DNA of 61,068 nucleotides from a virus. Its lineage: Duplodnaviria; Caudoviricetes. The notes beneath the pieces are model-generated. The model was not told the DNA's origin, made no database searches, and worked only from the letters and a program-made list of their open reading frames with translations. Of the stretch, positions 20,057-29,862 are shown in pieces. The position numbers and the translations under genes were made by a program. Positions within the stretch are counted from its first letter, which is position 1, and each line of letters opens with the position of its first letter. The stretch is taken from positions 1 through 61,068 of IMG/VR virus record IMGVR_UViG_3300017966_000001; one strand, 5' to 3'.

Positions 20057-20899
20057 TCATTTCAACAAATTCAACAAATTCATCGGCTTTACCAAAGGTG
20101 GCCAAGCTTCCTTCAATAGAGCAATCTGCTGTCCAGCGATGTCTCTGAGCACACGTTCCATCCTGTCATAGGTTTGAGCTGTTGGTCGATAGCCTTTGTT
20201 TAACCAGTAACGCCAGATCCGCAACTGTTGAATGAAGAACTCGCAGTCATATCCACCTACCGTCTTGCTGTCTGAGTTACCATGGATGCGGTATTTAATC
20301 AGCGGGTGGGGAATGAAAGCGCTCCGGCTACGGCTGGCGATCTCAAGCCAGAGCGCCCAATCATTTAAAGCGCCATGTGGTGGAACTCCAAAAAACGGCA
20401 TCCATTCGCGACGGAACATGACGGACGGCATACAAATTTGATTCCGAATTATCAAATTGTCGAATGGGGTTGCATCTAAATAGCCAACTTGTTTGGGCAG
20501 ATCAAAATCACACAGTCCGTTCACGTCGCCGAATAGCTCAACACGGGAAAAGGCAAAACCACACTCGGGATGCGTGTTCAACACTTCGGACTTCTTGGCC
20601 AAATTGCCAGGCATCATGATGTCATCGTCGGAAAATAGCACGATGTATCGACCAGAGCTATTGAGAGCCAAGTCTTGCCACGGGCACGTGGCTCCAGGAG
20701 CTCGGTTCACTTCTCGGCGCCACGTTCTCAGGCGTGGATCAGAATAGTTCTGTAGGACAGCCGCCGTCTCTGAAGTGGAACCATGGTCCAAGACTAGGCA
20801 CTCAAGGTCGACACCCTGCTGTGCGAGGATCGAATCCAAGGCCAGCTTGAGGTAAGCTGGCCGGTTGTAGGTTGGGAAAATTACAGAAACGTCGATCAA
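20057..20899 (-). CDS. Glycosyltransferase family 2 (GT-A fold)
   Basis: VSVIFPTYNR, LDHGSTS, GRYIVLFSDDD (DxD), DWALWL, YRIHG. Confidence 0.9.
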   Translation of the reverse strand: MIDVSVIFPTYNRPAYLKLALDSILAQQGVDLECLVLDHGSTSETAAVLQNYSDPRLRTWRREVNRAPGATCPWQDLALNSSGRYIVLFSDDDIMMPGNLAKKSEVLNTHPECGFAFSRVELFGDVNGLCDFDLPKQVGYLDATPFDNLIIRNQICMPSVMFRREWMPFFGVPPHGALNDWALWLEIASRSRSAFIPHPLIKYRIHGNSDSKTVGGYDCEFFIQQLRIWRYWLNKGYRPTAQTYDRMERVLRDIAGQQIALLKEAWPPLVKPMNLLNLLK

Positions 20900-22761
20900 A
20901 ACAACCCCCTCCTCTTGACTTTAACACCCAGATCATATAAATAGCTGTTTGCCTCTTTGATATACCAATTGTAATCCAGGTCTTTTGGTATGGTTTTGCT
21001 TTCCATGCACATCAATGGTTTGCACCCCTCCGTGCACGCGACGAGGTTATCGTTTGCAATCCGCCGTATCGCGCTGTGCTCGTTCTCGGCGTAGTAAAAC
21101 CTGATTACTTTACCGAGCCAAACGCCATCTTTATGGGCACCACCTGTGACATTGGTGACAGTGAGAAACTTGGTCACGTCGTGGCACTCTCGGACGGTAA
21201 CTTCAATAGGTGTGCCCACAGTGAGGTGCGCAATGACTGCGTCCGTGCAGATTTGATTTGATGGGTTTTTGGATAAAGCAAGCCGGGCATTACCTTTTAG
21301 TGTTCCGGAATCGGTGAACGCACCTTTGGTCTTGACTTTTCCGTCAGGCTTTACAGCGATATAACTATTTACGTCACGTGAGTGCAAGGCTCTATAATCC
21401 GTGAATTCCAATTCTAGACCGGCTGTTTGCTGCCACCAGTTGCAAATTGCATCATATTGTGGCTCTAGTTCTTTGGAAAAGAAAGACACAACACCGTCGG
21501 TATTCGCTGAAACTACAGATATTCCGGAGTTTTCTAGGCGTTCTATTAGCATTAACAGCGCAAGCTGCCCTGTGAGGGTTACCGTCAACAAAAGAGCAGG
21601 TGAATATAAACAACTATATTTACTGCCGAACTTGCCGTATGATCCATTACAAACAATTTTAAGGCTATCCGCTGTTACTTTATCGCCAGCGCGTTTCGCT
21701 TCAACTCGTCTATCTACTATACTTTTATAAACAGATGCGAAATTTTTGCCACATTGCTTTGGGTAAAGGCCAAGTGTCAAAATTAGCGATGGGTAATAAC
21801 TGCATACATCGGCGTCTCGGCAAATTTGGCCTTCATTTGGCACGATCGATTGACTCTTTTCTGTGCTGTGTAAACCACCGATGCCTAATTGATATGTGGA
21901 TCGCCCCATCGATATCTTGAGTTTCGAAATATTGTCTGGCATAACAATTGCACCGCTTGCTTCAACGTTAAATTCTGTGTCCCGGATCAGAGCTAGGGCT
22001 GAATTCAGTTGGTTTGACTCGAAAGCTATGTAAGCGGGAACTTGATATTTGATAATAGCGTTCGTATCAAGTTTCGGTTTTTTCGGACGATAGCCATTGA
22101 CCTTTTCCAGTTCAGATGCGAGAACGGCCTCGGCAATTTGTGCATCTGATTTAGAGCGAAGATCCACTCCATATTGCAGACTCATACTGCGCCGGAGCTC
22201 GATTTGGTCACCTACAGCCTGGTAGAGGTTGATGGTGGAATCCAACTTATGGATACAATAGTCTCTGATGTAATCTGCCTCTTCGCGCGTCAAGTGTTTG
22301 TCAACACCAATGGGTTGTGTCTCCACGCGAGATGCGTGCATTCTCCCATTGAGTGTTTCGAGAGCCGGCGCAAGTGCGACAATCTCAATCAAATCAATAT
22401 GATCCACCCTTGTGGGCAACTTACAACCTATAAATTGTTCGAGGGCTGAAAATCGGAGCTCTTCTTTTACAATTCGATTGGAAATGTGGCACAATTCAGC
22501 GGCGTTTCGACCCTGCAGCGCTGCCATGGTTAACGGAATGTCATATGAGGCACTGTTGAAACCTATTAGTTTGTAATGATAGACCAACCATTCAAGTTTG
22601 GCGCAATCGATAGTGGCCTCGGGGCTCGTTTCAAAGAGGACTACCCCGCCAGTGGCGACATGTTTGAACGCAACGACGAAATAGTTGGGGTAGCATTCGA
22701 TATTGAACACCATGTCTGTCAGGATGTTACCAACTAATTCGTCATCGCTCATCAGTTTCAT
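20896..22761 (-). CDS. Family-B DNA polymerase with a degenerate 3'-5' exonuclease domain
   Basis: Motif A DVCSYYPS, motif B KIVCNGSYGKFG, motif C NTDG; start may be 22773. Confidence 0.9.
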   Translation of the reverse strand: MKLMSDDELVGNILTDMVFNIECYPNYFVVAFKHVATGGVVLFETSPEATIDCAKLEWLVYHYKLIGFNSASYDIPLTMAALQGRNAAELCHISNRIVKEELRFSALEQFIGCKLPTRVDHIDLIEIVALAPALETLNGRMHASRVETQPIGVDKHLTREEADYIRDYCIHKLDSTINLYQAVGDQIELRRSMSLQYGVDLRSKSDAQIAEAVLASELEKVNGYRPKKPKLDTNAIIKYQVPAYIAFESNQLNSALALIRDTEFNVEASGAIVMPDNISKLKISMGRSTYQLGIGGLHSTEKSQSIVPNEGQICRDADVCSYYPSLILTLGLYPKQCGKNFASVYKSIVDRRVEAKRAGDKVTADSLKIVCNGSYGKFGSKYSCLYSPALLLTVTLTGQLALLMLIERLENSGISVVSANTDGVVSFFSKELEPQYDAICNWWQQTAGLELEFTDYRALHSRDVNSYIAVKPDGKVKTKGAFTDSGTLKGNARLALSKNPSNQICTDAVIAHLTVGTPIEVTVRECHDVTKFLTVTNVTGGAHKDGVWLGKVIRFYYAENEHSAIRRIANDNLVACTEGCKPLMCMESKTIPKDLDYNWYIKEANSYLYDLGVKVKRRGLF

Positions 22762-23192
22762 AGCTGAATCCAATCCATGTTATAGCAACCGATCCATTCG
22801 AGCCGGTCCAGACGCTCCTGATCACCAATCGATGTGTATGGTTTATCATAGTAAACCGTACGGACGCCTGCTAGTGCCAGCTCTTTGGTGCAATTGACGC
22901 AAGGCTCATGTGTGACGTACGCGACCATTGGCCGGCTCGCAGATACTCGGAACAGCAATGCGTTTTGTTCAGCATGAACGGTTCGATTGCAACGGGAGCT
23001 TGAGTTGCAATGTTCGTCATTACAGTGAGGCATACCTGGGCCAGCTCCATTATATCCGCACCCGCAAATTCGACCCTGTTCATCCAGAAGCACACAACCT
23101 ACGTGCAAACGATTGCATGTTGACAGATTGGTGAGTTCTTTTGCGATCTGCATGTAAGTATGGTGTTTCAGCCAGGTGCGTTCGCTGTTCAT
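22758..23192 (-). CDS. dCMP deaminase
   Basis: STC.RLHVG, GYNG, HAEQNA, PCVNC zinc motifs. Confidence 0.92.
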   Translation of the reverse strand: MNSERTWLKHHTYMQIAKELTNLSTCNRLHVGCVLLDEQGRICGCGYNGAGPGMPHCNDEHCNSSSRCNRTVHAEQNALLFRVSASRPMVAYVTHEPCVNCTKELALAGVRTVYYDKPYTSIGDQERLDRLEWIGCYNMDWIQL

Positions 23193-23380
23193 TCGGAGCC
23201 CTTATCGGTAACAATTTCACACAGCAGACCCGGAACGGCTACAGTATAACTACCCCACATTGAGCACCACATACCAACGTATTCGCCCTCTGCGTTAACC
23301 TCGCAATTGCGAATGAACGACCCCTCTGGAATACCTTCATGGTCGTGTAAAGTGCGCACATCCACCGTTTTAGACATCAC
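23189..23380 (-). CDS. Small hypothetical protein (probable paralog of 42574-42753)
   Basis: Overlaps both neighbours; G-x-YVG-xx-C motif. Confidence 0.6.
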   Translation of the reverse strand: MMSKTVDVRTLHDHEGIPEGSFIRNCEVNAEGEYVGMWCSMWGSYTVAVPGLLCEIVTDKGSE

Positions 23381-24246
23381 TCCTCCTCTGGATAGAATTT
23401 AGACACTGCACCACGAACACCTTTGCCACGGAAGACAAGTTTGTCTTCGCCGACACCAAAAGTCAACACATGTTTTGCGAAGTGGCGCATTGCGTCAGCG
23501 TAATACTCTTTCCCCAGGAATCTAACAACTTTAGCAAGATTTGAGATCAAAGCCAATGGCATCGCCGATTCAAATGTAAGCTCTTGATCACACTCAATAT
23601 CCAGAAACTCGCACGGATAAACGACAAGTGGTTCAAGCGAAAACTTCAAGCAAAACTGAGGATACCTAAAAGTAATACTTTCGCGTGATCCACCCATGGC
23701 TTTTAACGGCTCTTTGATTTTAAACAGGGCCTGCACGGCCTCGCCGTGGATGCTCCCCACAGGGGGGTTATTGAGGCCGTGATCGGCTTCCAGGTAAACT
23801 CTTCGGTTGGTCGCTGACAAATGATGAGGCCCGATATTGACCCGTGTTGTTACAGGTGAACCCGAACGGTCTGGAATAGCTGCGACCGCAGACAATGCTG
23901 CCATGAATCGCTTGGATTCGACGCCGATGGACATCTGGTCAGGCTGCGAGTCATGCACATATGGAGTTTCGGCGCGATGACAATCATAATATGCGACTTC
24001 GCCCTTAAACCGGATCATGGACGGCATCTCGATGATTGTGTAGTTATGGCCAAGTTGTTTAATCACGTCAAATGTATCGGTTACCGATAGAGCGACATCG
24101 ATATCTTCATCAATGTCATGGATTAAGATCACGCCATGATTGCACACGGCATAGAGTTTGTAGTCATGAAGCCGGCACACCTTCGCGCCGAGCTTCTTGG
24201 CGAATTTAACGGCCAGCTGGAGTTTGGTTTCGGGTTTGGGTGTCAT
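23377..24246 (-). CDS. Putative sliding-clamp-like replication protein
   Basis: Size, LSATNRR segment resembling the beta-clamp ATDGHR motif, position between polymerase and helicase. Confidence 0.45.
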   Translation of the reverse strand: MTPKPETKLQLAVKFAKKLGAKVCRLHDYKLYAVCNHGVILIHDIDEDIDVALSVTDTFDVIKQLGHNYTIIEMPSMIRFKGEVAYYDCHRAETPYVHDSQPDQMSIGVESKRFMAALSAVAAIPDRSGSPVTTRVNIGPHHLSATNRRVYLEADHGLNNPPVGSIHGEAVQALFKIKEPLKAMGGSRESITFRYPQFCLKFSLEPLVVYPCEFLDIECDQELTFESAMPLALISNLAKVVRFLGKEYYADAMRHFAKHVLTFGVGEDKLVFRGKGVRGAVSKFYPEEE

Positions 24247-24773
24247 GGGTGGCAGCTCAAGAGAGACTTGACCTCATCAACAATGACGCCAACAGCAGTG
24301 CCATAGTCTAACTTGCGAAATGGAACTTCGTTATCGAACAATAATTTAGCAACCTCACCATCAATAGCTTGTGCGCTCAACACATCTTCGTTTCGTCCAC
24401 GAGTGTCATAGGTTTTGGTCCGTTGAATCACATAGTTGAGGTTGTTGAACTTATTGAATAACTCGAAAACAAACGGGTTTAAATGTTGCAAATCGGAATA
24501 TCTATCATTGTATACGACAGTTAGAAGCAGAGGCGAATCAGTGATAACCACATCAACTTCACCATCACATCGAAACAGTCTCCAAAACTGTTTTCCAAGT
24601 ATATATGGTTGACAACAAAAGACCTTCTTGTTCCCTTCCCACACCTTGTCTTTGGCGAACTCCGTGACCAATTCGCAACTAACACCAAGTTTCTTTAGTT
24701 CGTGGAAGACCCCGGCTGCTGTGGTGGATTTTCCAGCACCAGGTCCAGCGAACAAGTTTACAACCAATGCCAT
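24243..24773 (-). CDS. P-loop kinase/ATPase (NadR/AAA_28-like), putative nucleotide kinase
   Basis: GPGAGKST, ELVTEFAK, VITDSPL, GRNE. Confidence 0.8.
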   Translation of the reverse strand: MALVVNLFAGPGAGKSTTAAGVFHELKKLGVSCELVTEFAKDKVWEGNKKVFCCQPYILGKQFWRLFRCDGEVDVVITDSPLLLTVVYNDRYSDLQHLNPFVFELFNKFNNLNYVIQRTKTYDTRGRNEDVLSAQAIDGEVAKLLFDNEVPFRKLDYGTAVGVIVDEVKSLLSCHP

Positions 24774-24784
24774 GTAGTCCCCTT

Positions 24785-25303
24785 TTAATCCGTCAAGCCA
24801 AGTTTGAGATCGTCAATGGTGAAGCTACCATTGATTTGTGGTGCTTCAGAATGTGCCCTCAACTTGCACTCGATTATAGCCAACAAATTCCAACACTCGT
24901 GAAGTTCATGATCAAACCCAGAATCGACATCTAACTCCTCACCCTGCAAGCGCTTTAGCTTGTGCCGTCCAGCCGCTTTGCGATATTCGTTAACCGCGTC
25001 AGGGACTTTCAGGAAACCTAACCGGCTATACTTTTGAGCACCGAACTCAGCAACCTTGCACAGTTCCAGCAGTGCATTTGGGAAGCTCTCGAAAACCATC
25101 TCAACATCGGGCTTACCCTTGGATAACTTTGCGCCAGGTTCATGCTGTGGGATACCGTTTGGGTCCTCTTCTGGAAGCGGCTGGGGAAAAAACGACGGTT
25201 TGTAATTATGATAACTAGTGTGTTGACCACAATCGTGGCACATTCCGCCGCAGGATGTCGAAACATTTCTAAATATGCAATTATCACAAGGCTTATGTTG
25301 CAT
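24785..25303 (-). CDS. dATP/dGTP diphosphohydrolase-like protein (DUF5664-type) with N-terminal Cys module
   Basis: HEPGAKLSKGKP, AEFGAQKYS, RH...D.DSG..H..H..WN. Confidence 0.8.
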   Translation of the reverse strand: MQHKPCDNCIFRNVSTSCGGMCHDCGQHTSYHNYKPSFFPQPLPEEDPNGIPQHEPGAKLSKGKPDVEMVFESFPNALLELCKVAEFGAQKYSRLGFLKVPDAVNEYRKAAGRHKLKRLQGEELDVDSGFDHELHECWNLLAIIECKLRAHSEAPQINGSFTIDDLKLGLTD

Positions 25304-25495
25304 TCAATCCTCCAATTCGGCACTTTTGACGACACCGTATTCGCCATCGGGATGGAAAAACAGACGCTCACCACGTGGACCTCGCTTTTCGTCCCAACCC
25401 TCATATGCTGGGAAACAGGCCAAGGCACGTTCAATGCTTGTAAAATAACGCTTGCCGCACCGACGTTTGACAATGTAAATCACGGAATTATACAT
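25304..25495 (-). CDS. Hypothetical protein
   Basis: AAGGAG RBS; tightly packed in the operon. Confidence 0.55.
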   Translation of the reverse strand: MYNSVIYIVKRRCGKRYFTSIERALACFPAYEGWDEKRGPRGERLFFHPDGEYGVVKSAELED

Positions 25496-25625
25496 CGAAC
25501 TCCTTTTTCAACATGGACGCCAGCTCTTTGATTCGAGCTTGACGCGGGTGATCCACACACGGGATTCGTGCCGGTTGCAGCAAAATTAGAGTCAACAATT
25601 CCTTGAGTCGATACATGCAACCTCC

Positions 25626-27272
25626 TTAAAACTCATGACTTAGCACCTGCGGATACTTCAGATTTGTCTGCACCGAGATCCGACGAGGCACCGCTAGACC
25701 CCCAATATACTCCAAAGCTTCATCAATGGAAGAGGGGATAGTTGCCGAGTTCATGCGCTGAATCCACCAATCCACGGCTTTGCGTCTAGCAAATCCCAAA
25801 TGCTCCAAACAGACGTATTCCGAAAAACTACTCAGACCAACAAAGTATGTCACTTTGAGGCTCGGGTTGCCACCAGCCTTGCTGTGTTTAGAATAAACAA
25901 CGCGGTCAACTGTAAACCATTCGATCTTTGGTGCGTCATTCCTGCGGATCAATTCCAACTCAGCAGCGGCATGAGTGAGTTTTGAAGCCCCCGGTGGGAA
26001 ATCGTGCCCACACGAATAACACTTACGCGCGGACGCGTGCAAGTAAATTCCACACTGCGGGCAAATCTTGATCGGGGCTTCTCCGGGTTTGTCACCTTTT
26101 TTACGCGGTTTGACGGGATCGTTGATCGGCCCCAAGCGTTTGACATTGCCGGCGAAATCCAGTACGAGGCAATCGCGTTTAGGGCTAGCAGCTATTGCGG
26201 CAAGTCGACCCTCTGCTGTCGATAGGTCGAATCCAGGCGCATAGACTGGCCTGGTGCCTCGTCCAAGGATCTGAACGTGAAGGCCAGGGCTGAGAGTCGG
26301 GCGGAGCAATAAGAGGAGGTCCACTGGTTTATGGTTGAAGCCAGTCGTGAGCACACCATTCGACACGATGGCACGATATTTTCCGGCTTTAAAATCAGCA
26401 ATGTTTGCATCACGATCAGCTTTGCTCATTTTGGAGTGAACGACGCAGGCAGACACACCGAATGAATGTAACGCTTCTGTGATGTGTTCGGCATGCTCAA
26501 TTCCCGACGCAAATACAAGCCAGCTCTGTCTATCGGCGCCAAGCTCAATCGCCTCCTGGATACAATCATACGTGACCTTATCAACGTCGACAGCTTGTTG
26601 CAATTGATGCTGATTGAGATCGCCATTTTGAATCCCAACGTTGGACACGTCTAGTTTCGTTGCCGTTGGCCGTGGGACGAGGTTAACGAGATAACCCTCG
26701 TCGATAAACCAGTTGAACGCATCTAAGCTAGACATATCGCAAGATATTGCATCAAACAAGCCGTTTTCAGTTATCATACCCTGGCCTAGACGATATGGCG
26801 TGGCTGTCAATCCAATGACCCGTAATTGTGGGTTAACCACCCTCAGCCCACCTATTAACTTTTGATACATTGTGTCGTCTTTTGTTGAGATAGAATGAGC
26901 TTCGTCTACTAACAACAGATCGCGGAACCCAATACCTTCTATGTTGCCCACAAGGGAGCCAACGCCACCGAACACAATTGGCGGGCACGCTTGCTTGAGC
27001 CCTAGGCCGGCTGAGTAAATCCCGAGCGGAGCACTTGGCCAATATGCCATAAGCTCATCGGCATTCTGCTGGATCAGCTCTTTAACATGTGTCGCCATTA
27101 AAATACGGCTATTGGGATATAAACTGAACGCTTGCTTGATGATGCCCGCGCACACTATGGCTTTACCCGATCCTGTGGGCATCACAACACAAGGGTTACC
27201 AGCATTTGCATACAAATAATCAAACGTCGATTTGACAGCATATTCCTGGTAATCCCTGAGTTTAAATGACAC
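25626..27272 (-). CDS. Superfamily 2 (DEAH) helicase with zinc ribbon
   Basis: LRDYQ, PTGSGK, DEAH, TATP, LTTGFN, QILGRGTR, CPQC/CYSC; GTG start after GAGGTG. Confidence 0.93.
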   Translation of the reverse strand: MSFKLRDYQEYAVKSTFDYLYANAGNPCVVMPTGSGKAIVCAGIIKQAFSLYPNSRILMATHVKELIQQNADELMAYWPSAPLGIYSAGLGLKQACPPIVFGGVGSLVGNIEGIGFRDLLLVDEAHSISTKDDTMYQKLIGGLRVVNPQLRVIGLTATPYRLGQGMITENGLFDAISCDMSSLDAFNWFIDEGYLVNLVPRPTATKLDVSNVGIQNGDLNQHQLQQAVDVDKVTYDCIQEAIELGADRQSWLVFASGIEHAEHITEALHSFGVSACVVHSKMSKADRDANIADFKAGKYRAIVSNGVLTTGFNHKPVDLLLLLRPTLSPGLHVQILGRGTRPVYAPGFDLSTAEGRLAAIAASPKRDCLVLDFAGNVKRLGPINDPVKPRKKGDKPGEAPIKICPQCGIYLHASARKCYSCGHDFPPGASKLTHAAAELELIRRNDAPKIEWFTVDRVVYSKHSKAGGNPSLKVTYFVGLSSFSEYVCLEHLGFARRKAVDWWIQRMNSATIPSSIDEALEYIGGLAVPRRISVQTNLKYPQVLSHEF

Positions 27273-27274
27273 GA

Positions 27275-28132
27275 TCACCTCTGCAGGATTGACACCCATT
27301 GTCCACACTGGGTCGGTTTCATGCAATGCTCCTTGGGGATGATCCCATACAACGAGCACTCCCACTGCCCATTGTCAACGGCGCGCGCATTCTGGCAAGA
27401 CCGGCAACTTCGTAAAACTTCTTTACCTCCATGACAAACTCCACTGAAATCGCAGAATTTGCATTTGTAGTAGGCAGCACTTGCACCTAGCTTAGGCAAA
27501 GATTGCTGTGATGTGATGATTTCAAGGGATTTGTCTTCCAGTTGCATGGCGAATTCAGGGTTTGCTGGAAGAATTTCATAATATATCTCGTCGTTCGACT
27601 TTAAAACTGCTGTGTATAGCGCATGATTGCAGTTAAACTTATGACAATACAGCACCATCTGCGCGTAGTGGATGGGTTTTACCGACTGAACCCCAGTCTC
27701 AAACAAGCCCTTGAACTCGGTCGCCTTGCCATAAGTCTTGCATTCCCACACGAGATTGCCTTTGACGCCAACCCCTGTGGGCATTGTTACAATACCATCG
27801 CAAGATCCACCAAAATGCCCCATACCCGAGCTGAACTGATGCTGTTCCGTCTTCCAATTGTAGAACTCGAGCAGCGTCTGGAATTTAATTCCAGCGCCCT
27901 CCAGGTAATCGCGAACACGAGGTTCTTCCTTGTGACCTCGATTGAAGAGCCGTTGCATCCGGCCAGTGTGAACTTTGTAGTCACAATTCCGGAATCCGAG
28001 CCACAGTTTCTGCCGGCACGGATCACCAATCTGTGATGCACCGAGATGGGATCGGGGACCGTCCTCATGCAGAAATTGACTATAAGCATCAACGGCATCG
28101 CGTAGTTTCTGGCAAACTGGGCTCATGGGCAT
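27275..28132 (-). CDS. Cas4/RecB-like PD-(D/E)xK exonuclease
   Basis: HLGASQIG..C, GSCDG, WECKT, HYAQM, C-terminal CKFC..C cluster ligands. Confidence 0.85.
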   Translation of the reverse strand: MPMSPVCQKLRDAVDAYSQFLHEDGPRSHLGASQIGDPCRQKLWLGFRNCDYKVHTGRMQRLFNRGHKEEPRVRDYLEGAGIKFQTLLEFYNWKTEQHQFSSGMGHFGGSCDGIVTMPTGVGVKGNLVWECKTYGKATEFKGLFETGVQSVKPIHYAQMVLYCHKFNCNHALYTAVLKSNDEIYYEILPANPEFAMQLEDKSLEIITSQQSLPKLGASAAYYKCKFCDFSGVCHGGKEVLRSCRSCQNARAVDNGQWECSLYGIIPKEHCMKPTQCGQWVSILQR

Positions 28133-28145
28133 GAAGTGACTCCTG

Positions 28146-28168
28146 AAAAAGGCCCCATTGCTGGGGCC
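28146..28168 (-). terminator. Intrinsic terminator after the SSB gene
   Basis: Minus strand GGCCCC-agcaat-GGGGCC-TTTTT. Confidence 0.75.
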
Positions 28169-28199
28169 GTAGAACGACGTATTGGATTTTAACCGAAAA

Positions 28200-28784
28200 T
28201 TACCTCGCCGCCCAGGGAGGGACATTGCCGACGGGTGCGGGCGTAGTAGGCGGTGCTGAAGCCGCAAAAGCAGACTGCACGGACGAAGCAGCAAACTGCT
28301 GAGCCGGCGGTCCACTCTGAACAGCAGGCGCGCCACACTTACCAGGTTTGTTGCCGTTGGCATCTAGAAAGCGCTTGATTTTGGTGGTATTGACAGTCTC
28401 ACCGTTGGTGTTTGTAAAGCTGTCTGCAACCACAACGGCACGGAACGGCCTACCATGGAAAATGGAGGTGTCGACATTACCAGGCGCAGGTGCGACACCA
28501 ATAACGGCGCAGATAGCCGCAAGATCGGCGCGTGCAATCTGCACCGCCTTCTCGCTCGGATTGAAAAGATTGAGCCGGAAGGTAGCGGAGCTACCCACAG
28601 CTTCACCGTCCATGCCTTCGATTTCGAAGACCAGCATACCACCATTGCCGTCTTTTGTGCTCTTCATTTCAGAGCTCACGATCTGAACGAGATGACCGTT
28701 AGAATCGGACACGGGAAGGCAACCACCGCCTGAACCGCTGGGATTGACTGCGGTGAGATCAAAATTGAGATTGAAGACTGTCAT
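28200..28784 (-). CDS. Single-stranded DNA-binding protein (DUF669-type)
   Basis: EMKSTKDGNGGML...RLNLFNPSEKAVQIA...; Pro/Ala tail ending PPW. Confidence 0.8.
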   Translation of the reverse strand: MTVFNLNFDLTAVNPSGSGGGCLPVSDSNGHLVQIVSSEMKSTKDGNGGMLVFEIEGMDGEAVGSSATFRLNLFNPSEKAVQIARADLAAICAVIGVAPAPGNVDTSIFHGRPFRAVVVADSFTNTNGETVNTTKIKRFLDANGNKPGKCGAPAVQSGPPAQQFAASSVQSAFAASAPPTTPAPVGNVPPWAAR

Positions 28785-28801
28785 GTTGGCTCCTTTTGAG
28801 G

Positions 28802-28960
28802 TTAAACGAAATATTCTTTGGTGAAAAAAGGAATGCCGAAGACATAATATTTGGTAACGCTGTAAGGTGGGAGATCGTGAAGCTGCGTTTCACACTGGCC
28901 ACAGCATGTGGGCTCACCAGCTTGTGCATCAGCACAGTAATTTTCATCGTAATGGCACAT
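28802..28960 (-). CDS. Small hypothetical protein (52 aa, not in ORF track)
   Basis: AAGGAGG RBS; MCHYDENYCADAQAGEPTCCGQC...; fills the gap between neighbours. Confidence 0.55.
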   Translation of the reverse strand: MCHYDENYCADAQAGEPTCCGQCETQLHDLPPYSVTKYYVFGIPFFTKEYFV

Positions 28961-28970
28961 TCTGCCTCCT

Positions 28971-29642
28971 TTAGGCAAGGATCTTATTAAAGATCGCAGT
29001 CAAGTTAGGTTCTTCCCAAGGATCGAGCGCGCCGCTTCGATCCTTGGCTTCGTGGGTTGTGTCCTTCTGAGTCTGCAACCAATACGAGCGAGCTTTGGTT
29101 GCTGGATCGTCATGAACAAGAGACCTGAACACTTCATCGAAAAAGTAAGGCAATTGTTGCCCGAGTTTTGTTCCAGGAAGCCCTGGGTAAATAGCGATCG
29201 TTCCTGCAACAGGGTCAGTTACGACGCGTTCTTGTTTGGCGCTGAAATAGACGTGCTTGTCTAAATCTCGGAACGATCGTATAATCTGAGTCATCTGATC
29301 CTGGAGCTGCCCATAGGCTTGCCGTGGATCTTTGCTGGTCTTTTTCAGCTCGACGAGGACAGTTTCGGCCACTTCGGAAAGACTGTCAAGGCAAATCGTC
29401 TGGTAATTTTTTGCCTCTGTGGAAGATTGTGCCCACAAGAAGCTTTCCGTGAGCTCTTTATACGTTCCAATGTCAACGAACGGTATTTTTTGCTTACGTA
29501 AACTCAGGAGACCGGATTCGGCACTGAGCACAATTGGGTTGGGTGCTGTGGCACAGAGGGTAGTTTTTCCTGTCCCGGCAAGACCGTATACAAGCACTTT
29601 GACGTGATAGAGCTTTTGATTGTCTGTGTATCGGATCTTCAT
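28971..29642 (-). CDS. AAA_24 / Sak4-like recombination ATPase
   Basis: LVYGLAGTGKTT, SAESGLLS, CLDSLSE, AKDRSG. Confidence 0.88.
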   Translation of the reverse strand: MKIRYTDNQKLYHVKVLVYGLAGTGKTTLCATAPNPIVLSAESGLLSLRKQKIPFVDIGTYKELTESFLWAQSSTEAKNYQTICLDSLSEVAETVLVELKKTSKDPRQAYGQLQDQMTQIIRSFRDLDKHVYFSAKQERVVTDPVAGTIAIYPGLPGTKLGQQLPYFFDEVFRSLVHDDPATKARSYWLQTQKDTTHEAKDRSGALDPWEEPNLTAIFNKILA

Positions 29643-29862
29643 TCGTCACAGCCTGTGGTGGGTAATGGGAACCAGTGGGTGGGTGCGAACTTATGAGGCC
29701 ATCTGACAAACGTGCCGTCTGGGCTCCTCCACACACAGTAAGGATCACTAGTGTATGGCGTTGACGCTCCGGAGAATGGCTCAACGTCTATAGCAATGAC
29801 TACAAACATTTTTTGCTATCCCTGGGCGCCGTTTCTATTAGCAACCATTCGTTTGAGTGCAT

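Noticed and set aside
27275-28132. Cas4-like gene as evidence of a CRISPR-Cas system
   Set aside because: It sits in a helicase-SSB-Sak4 recombination module; no array or other cas genes
28759-28990. ORF-track calls 28759-28947 (-) and 28796-28990 (+)
   Set aside because: A different minus-strand frame (28802-28960) has the AAGGAGG RBS and fits the gap without overlap
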